Notes under the pieces: generated by a model
The model's database searches: none
What the model was told of the DNA's origin: nothing
The model's input: only the letters and a program-made list of their open reading frames with translations
Shown here: positions 25,561 through 31,072 of the stretch, piece after piece
Layout of the letters: each line of letters starts with the position of its first letter
How positions within the stretch are numbered: position 1 is the stretch's first letter
IMG/VR virus record: IMGVR_UViG_3300011442_000022
Location: 1-31,072 of that record
DNA length: 31,072 nucleotides
Reading direction: 5' to 3' (one strand)
DNA from: a virus
Lineage: Duplodnaviria > Caudoviricetes
Program-made: the position numbers and the translations under genes

Positions 25561-25982
25561 TTCCCACCCTTCAGCACGGCCACGGTTTCCCAGGCACATC
25601 CGCTGTCCAGGCTCAGCACGGGCCAGTCGAGCCGGTCTTCGTTGCCGGCCAGGTCCGTGTTCGCGGCAGTCGGCTCGATGCCGCGCTCCCGCAAATCCTC
25701 GATTAGATATTCCCGCTCGCGTTCCTTCTCGCCGTACTGGTCGATGATCGCGTCGTAAATCTCGTCAAGGTGGTCGTGTATTTTGTCGCCGATCCACGCC
25801 GACGACACCCGAATCAGGTAGTAATTCGGCCGCGTGTTGAGCGGTGTGACGGCCAGCAATTGCCGGCCGTTGCCGAGCTTAACATCGACCACGGCCGGGG
25901 TGACGGTGTACGTCGTACCCCAATGACGAATCTGTCGGGCGCGAGTGTACGTGGCCGGGATTGTGGAGCGTTTGGTTTTCAT
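25551..25982 (-). CDS. Hypothetical protein
   Basis: 143 aa from MKTKRS, with GGAGG upstream and ATGA overlap. Confidence 0.6.
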   Translation of the reverse strand: MKTKRSTIPATYTRARQIRHWGTTYTVTPAVVDVKLGNGRQLLAVTPLNTRPNYYLIRVSSAWIGDKIHDHLDEIYDAIIDQYGEKEREREYLIEDLRERGIEPTAANTDLAGNEDRLDWPVLSLDSGCAWETVAVLKGGKWA

Positions 25983-26920
25983 GCGTGGGCAGCCTCCGGG
26001 AACTCGCTCCACTCCCGGCCGTCGAGCAATCGGCCGGCGGCTTTCTTTCCGACGCGGTCCGTCGAGTCAGAGCAATTGAGGACTTGCAACGTGCCGCCAT
26101 TTGTTTTTCGGACCGAGCCGTCCTGATTCGGCGGCAAGAACTCGCCCCATTGCTTGAAGAAGAATGGCACGCCAGCCGCCTGGCATTTGTCGCGGATCGA
26201 TTGTGCCCACTCGGCTTGCATCGGCCGTGCGCCTTTGCCACTTCCTCCGCCAACGATAACCCAGTGAATGCCGGTCAGATCGAGTTCTCCCAGGTTCTCG
26301 ATCAACGGCTCGCACGACAGGAACCGCACGGCCGCCGGCGTCTGTAGGAGTATCGGAATCCGCTCGTCGGCCTGCTTCTGGTCCTCGACGGAGACGCCGA
26401 GCCAAACGTTGGGCCGGGTCATGACTTCCATCGCTGTATACGCGCCAAGGACTTTTGAGTTTTGCAGAGGCGGCAGCATACGAAGCACGTTCTCCGGTCG
26501 TTTGGTTAGCAGCAGCCAGTCTAGATTCGGAGTCGCGTCGATCAGGGCGAAGAGGCGGCGGCGGACGTCTCGCATGGTAAGAGGACGAGACGATTCGTTG
26601 ATCCGCCAGTCGCCGCCGTTTGTGTGAGAGATTCCGCCTTTTGGTCCGTGCATCGGCCCCGTCCAATCCTCGAACACGTCCGCCAGCGATGCGCAGAACA
26701 CTCGGGGACGGCCGTGATAAACCACTGTTCTGCCGTCGTGCTGGCGAGTGCCTGGAATTCCCGGCTCACCACCTACCGCAACCCACAGTTCATCGGCCAG
26801 TTTCGCGATGCGGTCCCACTTCAGCGGCTCGCGCCACATTGATTCGCTGGCCACGACGCGCGTGCCGTTCCACGGGCTGAACCTGTGATCGGCCCATTCG
26901 ATCTTGGAATTCTCAGCCAT
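25979..26920 (-). CDS. DUF5131 (phage Gp37/Gp68) family protein lacking the N-terminal Cys motif
   Basis: MAENSKIEW, RVFCASLADVFE, TPNLDWLLLTKRPEN, NVWLGVSVEDQ, RFLSCEPL, WVIVGG, PFFFKQWG, GKKAAGRLLDGREW. Confidence 0.9.
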   Translation of the reverse strand: MAENSKIEWADHRFSPWNGTRVVASESMWREPLKWDRIAKLADELWVAVGGEPGIPGTRQHDGRTVVYHGRPRVFCASLADVFEDWTGPMHGPKGGISHTNGGDWRINESSRPLTMRDVRRRLFALIDATPNLDWLLLTKRPENVLRMLPPLQNSKVLGAYTAMEVMTRPNVWLGVSVEDQKQADERIPILLQTPAAVRFLSCEPLIENLGELDLTGIHWVIVGGGSGKGARPMQAEWAQSIRDKCQAAGVPFFFKQWGEFLPPNQDGSVRKTNGGTLQVLNCSDSTDRVGKKAAGRLLDGREWSEFPEAAHA

Positions 26921-26948
26921 AAATCTCCGCTCCAATCCAAAGGATGTT

Positions 26949-27338
26949 TCACGCTCGCGCAATCGCCCGCTTGTAGCCACGCAGACCCCGCCATTCTCGA
27001 ATCGTCTTCCCAGCCCTTCGCGGCCTGGATTCGTAGTCCGCTAGCGCAGCCGATATCAAAATGCACGAAATAATCCGCGCTGTCGATTCACAAAACCCAA
27101 GCAAAAACGCCACGTCGGCCTCGTCGTTGACGATGAACGAATCACGGCCACGAGCCGCTCCGCCGGCAACCTTGTACCAACACCAACGGAGCGCGCGATA
27201 CTCCGTCCGAGTGGGCAGCCGGCCATGCTCAGCCGTCGCCACGATCCATTCGAGCTGTTCGGCCCGGCTCATTCCCTCAGCAAATTTCTCGCAGCGGCCG
27301 AGCCAGTGCGAATATGCGTGGTTGGTAATCACGATCAT
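26949..27338 (-). CDS. Hypothetical protein
   Basis: 129-aa ORF in operon orientation, beginning MIVITNHAYSHW. Confidence 0.5.
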   Translation of the reverse strand: MIVITNHAYSHWLGRCEKFAEGMSRAEQLEWIVATAEHGRLPTRTEYRALRWCWYKVAGGAARGRDSFIVNDEADVAFLLGFCESTARIISCILISAALADYESRPRRAGKTIREWRGLRGYKRAIARA

Positions 27339-27353
27339 GAGCGAGCCACCCCC

Positions 27354-28502
27354 CTACGCTTGCGCGTCTCGCATCGCCGTCCGCCGCTCGTCGCGAAGCG
27401 TACCGATTCTGGTCTTGTCGCTTTTACTCACAGCCTGGTCCTGGAAGGCCGCGAGATAGACCGCGTCCAATTGGGCTTCCGTCTCGGCCTGCTCCAACTC
27501 CATCGCGTAGCTTTGCGTTGGGGTGATTTCGCCTTCGGCGAGTGGTGGATGTTCGTGTCCGTTGACCTTAGCGTTATCCATCCGATTGCGCAGCGCGTCC
27601 GTCCGTTCGACTGGCTCTTGTTCGTTGCTCGGCATGTCGATCAGCGCCCCGAGTGATTGATCGGTGCCTGTCTCGCCGGCCTCATCCAGGGCAACGGCAG
27701 TGCTCCACTCAACGGAGAGCGGCAGCCGTTTCCCGAACCGGCGGATGAGTGTCTTGAGTGCCATCGCGTCGAAGCCCGGACCGGTTCGTTCGGGGGTGAT
27801 GTCGTACCAGGGTGATTTTTCTTTGAGCCATTGCGGAGCGCCACGCGTCGATGAATAGCGGTCGCGGAATTCAATGGCGTCTTCAACACTGAACGTCTCG
27901 AAATCCTTGCCGCCGTTCATCAGTTCGACGACGACGTAATAGTCTGTTACCCGGTTGTGATTGTTGCGAAGTGGCTTGTGGGTCAGAGTTTGATCCATGC
28001 CACGTTCAAAGTTGAACAAGTCGCCCTGACGAACGACTACCGGCGTGATGCGCTTGATGCCGCCCGAACGGTGTCCGAGTTGAATCAGGCCCTTGTAGCC
28101 GATGATGAGCGTTGCGACTTTGATCTCGCGGCCGTGCTTTTTGGTGAGCTTGCTGTCCCCGAACGGGATGATGTAGGCTTCGCCCAAAGCGCCGCCGATG
28201 CTGAGTCCGAGCTGCCCGGCCTGGATGACGGCCCCGAACAAACTCAGCGGCGTGCAGTCGAGTAGCGCCGGGTTCTTGCTCGTTTCAGTAATCATGCAAC
28301 GAATGAGCCGGTTCGCTTGCCCGGCGAGAAAGCGTGGCAGCGCGCGTCCCAATTGCTCGACTACACCCGGAACGAAGACTTCCAGGCCCGAGCGGGTCGT
28401 CGGCTTTTCCCAATCGTCTGGCTTGATTTGTGCGACCGCTCGCGTCTGTGCCGCTGGCTGGCCGTTCTGTTTGACCGGGGCGTTTGTTGTTGCCGTGCTC
28501 AT
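27354..28502 (-). CDS. recT: RecT-family single-strand annealing recombinase
   Basis: LLDCTPLSLFGAVIQAGQLGL, EAYIIPF, IGYKGLIQLGHRSG, SPW...FDAMALKTLIRR..K.LPLSVE. Confidence 0.92.
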   Translation of the reverse strand: MSTATTNAPVKQNGQPAAQTRAVAQIKPDDWEKPTTRSGLEVFVPGVVEQLGRALPRFLAGQANRLIRCMITETSKNPALLDCTPLSLFGAVIQAGQLGLSIGGALGEAYIIPFGDSKLTKKHGREIKVATLIIGYKGLIQLGHRSGGIKRITPVVVRQGDLFNFERGMDQTLTHKPLRNNHNRVTDYYVVVELMNGGKDFETFSVEDAIEFRDRYSSTRGAPQWLKEKSPWYDITPERTGPGFDAMALKTLIRRFGKRLPLSVEWSTAVALDEAGETGTDQSLGALIDMPSNEQEPVERTDALRNRMDNAKVNGHEHPPLAEGEITPTQSYAMELEQAETEAQLDAVYLAAFQDQAVSKSDKTRIGTLRDERRTAMRDAQA

Positions 28503-29377
28503 TTCTTGATTCTCTCTTTCACGGGCAATGCCCGAACGTGTGATGATGCTACCCGATGCGATGCTTTGACCTCGTGCGCCGGGACAATGACGTAGTTGAG
28601 TTTCCAGTCGCCGGCGACGGCTCGCTTGTTCTCACCCATCAGCGTCTTGACCTGCTGGCTCAATCGCTGGTATTCGGCTTCCGATTCCTTCTTAATGCCG
28701 CCATACTCCTGCCAGCGTGCGACCAGCGCAGCCGCGTCCGGCCCCAGATCGGGGATCGACTTCTCTTGCAGGATTGGGAGCGGAACGGCGAATTGTTCCT
28801 CCCACTCTGGGCCAACTGGCTCGCGGCGTTCAACATGTCCCCAGAAACGTCCCTCGACTTCGGTCAGCCAATCCCAAACGCCACGGTCAAAGCCGATCCG
28901 ATAGACGCGGAACTCCCCGCTGATTCGGCACAGCGCCGCCAGGTCGATCATGTCGGTGCCGGTCACGCCCATTTCTTGGATGACCTGGGCGCGATAACCC
29001 GGCGGAATCTCATCCGTGCCCGATGGCCCCCACGATTCGCCGTCGAACCCGGCCAGCGTCTTGGCCTGCATGTAGAGTCCGTCCGGCCGAATGAAATCTG
29101 GCGTTGCCCCCTGCCACGGCCGTTCCGGATGGCGCGCGATATCGAACCCGCACGGCCTGACCTCGATGTTCATCGTCTCCGAATACAGCCGGCCGATGAA
29201 GCCCTCCAACTCCGTGCCGAGACGCTGATAGCCGGTGGGGTTGTCGGGCTTGACCGGCTCGACCTTGGAGCGGTAGACGTCGGCGGCTGTTGACCAACCG
29301 AGGCCGATAATCGACGGAGCGTCACTAGCTCCGATACACGTCTGTCGTTCGGCGAGCCATTGGGTTCGGTTCATCAC
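28499..29377 (-). CDS. YqaJ-like viral recombination exonuclease
   Basis: WLAERQTCIGASDAPSIIG, GTELE, ATPD, IPPGYRAQV, adjacent to recT. Confidence 0.88.
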   Translation of the reverse strand: MMNRTQWLAERQTCIGASDAPSIIGLGWSTAADVYRSKVEPVKPDNPTGYQRLGTELEGFIGRLYSETMNIEVRPCGFDIARHPERPWQGATPDFIRPDGLYMQAKTLAGFDGESWGPSGTDEIPPGYRAQVIQEMGVTGTDMIDLAALCRISGEFRVYRIGFDRGVWDWLTEVEGRFWGHVERREPVGPEWEEQFAVPLPILQEKSIPDLGPDAAALVARWQEYGGIKKESEAEYQRLSQQVKTLMGENKRAVAGDWKLNYVIVPAHEVKASHRVASSHVRALPVKERIKK

Positions 29378-29739
29378 ACCACCCCCGCCAAAGTTTGTAC
29401 GTTGTCCTCGCTCAAGTCCGCGGCGGCCGGGAACACGCTGGCAACGTCATCCGGGTCCGCGGCCGGCGCGTCGAATATGGCGAGCTTGTCCCGGTATCTC
29501 TGCACGTCCTCCTCGTAGGATTGGATCATTCCTAAGATGCAATCGCGGCACTTCTTCCGGGCGACCGAGCCGTCGGCAAAACACCGCTCCGGGTCGCTGA
29601 TGAAAATCTTTCCGTCGAGGCGGAGAGCGATTTTTCCGCTCGCAGAATCTTCACCAAGCACTTCGCACTCACCACATTCGGGCTCACCGTAGTCGAACGA
29701 AAATACGGTCGCACGTCGCAAAACTTCATTACGCGTCAT
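29374..29739 (-). CDS. Hypothetical protein
   Basis: 121 aa with AGGAG upstream, overlapping the next start. Confidence 0.55.
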   Translation of the reverse strand: MTRNEVLRRATVFSFDYGEPECGECEVLGEDSASGKIALRLDGKIFISDPERCFADGSVARKKCRDCILGMIQSYEEDVQRYRDKLAIFDAPAADPDDVASVFPAAADLSEDNVQTLAGVV

Positions 29740-29752
29740 GAGTCTCTCCTGG

Positions 29753-29953
29753 TTAAATTCCGATCACTTCCCACGTCGAATGCTCATCCGCAACGATCCG
29801 AATATGCAACGTCGCCAGTCCCTTCTCAAATCGAAACAGGCCGCGCGACTCATCGATCCAATGCCAGCGCATGCAAGCCGCGAATTCAATGAGCGCATCG
29901 AGCTGCGACTTGAATGGCACGTCCGTTGTCCAGATTGGTGCGGTGGCGGTCAT
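29753..29953 (-). CDS. Small hypothetical protein
   Basis: 66 aa, ATGA-coupled to the CsrA-like gene. Confidence 0.5.
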   Translation of the reverse strand: MTATAPIWTTDVPFKSQLDALIEFAACMRWHWIDESRGLFRFEKGLATLHIRIVADEHSTWEVIGI

Positions 29954-30249
29954 TTGGCCCTTTCGGCGAGCATGGCGTCCGCTAATCTGTAGGCATGTCT
30001 AGCATCGGCTTCGTCAGTCTTACCTTCGCGTTTGATCGACAGTCCGATCATGGTCCCGACCGGCGTCTCTTCGGGCGGCACGGCCAGCGGTAGCAACTCC
30101 AGCCTCCAGATGTCCACCGACGGCGGGGCGTCGATTGCGAGCAGCACTTTCCACCGCCGGATTTTCACCACGCGCACGACGATGTTCTCGCCGGTCTCCG
30201 TGGTCAGGACGAGTTCTTCACCTTCGCGACGTTCGAGTGATAGTGGCAT
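29950..30249 (-). CDS. csrA: CsrA/RsmA-like RNA-binding protein with C-terminal extension
   Basis: MPLSLERREGEELVL...IVVRVVKI...KVLLAIDAPPSVDIWRLEL follows the CsrA consensus (L.L.R+.GE.I.I...I.V.V......V.lgI.AP..V.I.R.E). Confidence 0.75.
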   Translation of the reverse strand: MPLSLERREGEELVLTTETGENIVVRVVKIRRWKVLLAIDAPPSVDIWRLELLPLAVPPEETPVGTMIGLSIKREGKTDEADARHAYRLADAMLAERAK

Positions 30250-30609
30250 GTGAGACTCCGTGTCGGGGATAATCCGCTTAGACAACCGCCGGGCCGGCCT
30301 CCGCGTTCGCCCACATACGCTCGGGCCGGGACCGGCGGTTGATTCACTGTTTACACCACACTCACTTCATCCCGCCGACACCCTGATGGGGCCCGCAGTC
30401 GACCTGCACCAGCGATCCGAAGCGGAGCGGATCCGCTGGCGTTGGCCGTGGCGATTTCACGATCTACGAAACCAGCCACATCACGAACACGACGGCCGCG
30501 ACACTGGCGGCGGCGTGGAATAGCTGGGAAGCGAGTAGCGCGTTCATGGGGTTCCTCACGCTGAGGGTTGCGGTTGCCCGTAAATGTTCAGACGCGAATC
30601 GGCCAATAC

Positions 30610-31071
30610 CTATGAACAACTCCATCTGGCGACTTGTTCGCCGTCCTGGAATTTGACGACCTGGCCGTCGGAAAATCCGAGTTCGTCGGCGACCAGCAAT
30701 TTCTGCCGCCATGTCCTTTCTGAGTCCCGCCAACGGCAGGCGACGACGGCGCCCGGCCTCACGATCCATTGCCAGCGCTGCGAAGTGATGGCCCCGAGCG
30801 AAGCGGCCGAAACCTCGATCGTGCTGTACTCACCGGTGATGACTGCTACGCCTCTGTCGCCGCTGTTCGATGCGGAGCCTCTGTCGCCGCTGTTCGACGC
30901 GGAGCCGCTGTAGCCGCTGTTCGACGCGGAGCCGCTGTAGCCGCTGTTCGATGCGGAGCCTCTGTCGCCGCTGTTCGACGCGGAGCCGCTGTCGCCGCTG
31001 TTCGACGCGGAGCCGCTGTAGCCGCTGTTCGACGCGGAGCCTCTGTAGCCGCTGTTCGACGCGGAGCCTCT
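30610..31071 (-). CDS. 3' part of a 9-aa-repeat (beta-solenoid-like) phage protein, running off window end
   Basis: Not in the ORF track. My translation: (GSASNSG[D/Y][R/S])x8 then GVAVITGEYSTIEVSAASLG...FQDGEQVARWSCS*, stop at 30610-30612. Confidence 0.75.
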   Translation of the reverse strand, partial: RGSASNSGYRGSASNSGYSGSASNSGDSGSASNSGDRGSASNSGYSGSASNSGYSGSASNSGDRGSASNSGDRGVAVITGEYSTIEVSAASLGAITSQRWQWIVRPGAVVACRWRDSERTWRQKLLVADELGFSDGQVVKFQDGEQVARWSCS

Positions 31072-31072
31072 G
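30850..31072. repeat. 27-bp coding tandem repeat, 8 full copies plus a partial copy (truncated by window)
   Basis: Unit gcc[t/g]ctgt[c/a]gccgctgttcga[t/c]gcgga starting at 30850, 30877, 30904, 30931, 30958, 30985, 31012, 31039 and 31066. Confidence 0.95.

Noticed and set aside
30850-31072. Possible CRISPR array
   Set aside because: Units are contiguous with no unique spacers, the period is a multiple of 3 and in frame with a CDS, and no cas genes are present.

Overview
This window is an internal ~31 kb piece of a high-GC tailed (siphovirus-like) phage or prophage, and almost all genes lie on the minus strand. In transcription order (high to low coordinates) it has four parts. (1) An early, recombination and replication module: a 27-bp/9-aa tandem-repeat protein, a CsrA-like protein, YqaJ exonuclease plus RecT, DUF5131, a Dam-like methylase, DUF1643, VRR-NUC and a replication initiator. 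(2) Packaging and head genes: TerS, TerL, a portal fused to a C39 peptidase, an intein-containing MuF-type minor head protein, prohead protease/scaffold, decoration protein and major capsid. (3) A ~8.5 kb block of fibre, lectin and accessory genes placed between the head-completion and head-closure genes. (4) Neck and tail genes, ending with a -1 frameshifting tail chaperone and the start of the tape measure gene. The most striking feature is the 280-aa intein in the MuF gene (16420..17259, minus). It has no in-frame homing endonuclease, but the opposite strand carries a complete HTH + NUMOD3-like + DUF559/Vsr-type endonuclease ORF nested inside it in codon register. This is the only credible plus-strand gene in the window. 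All family calls come from motif recognition and synteny, not database searches.
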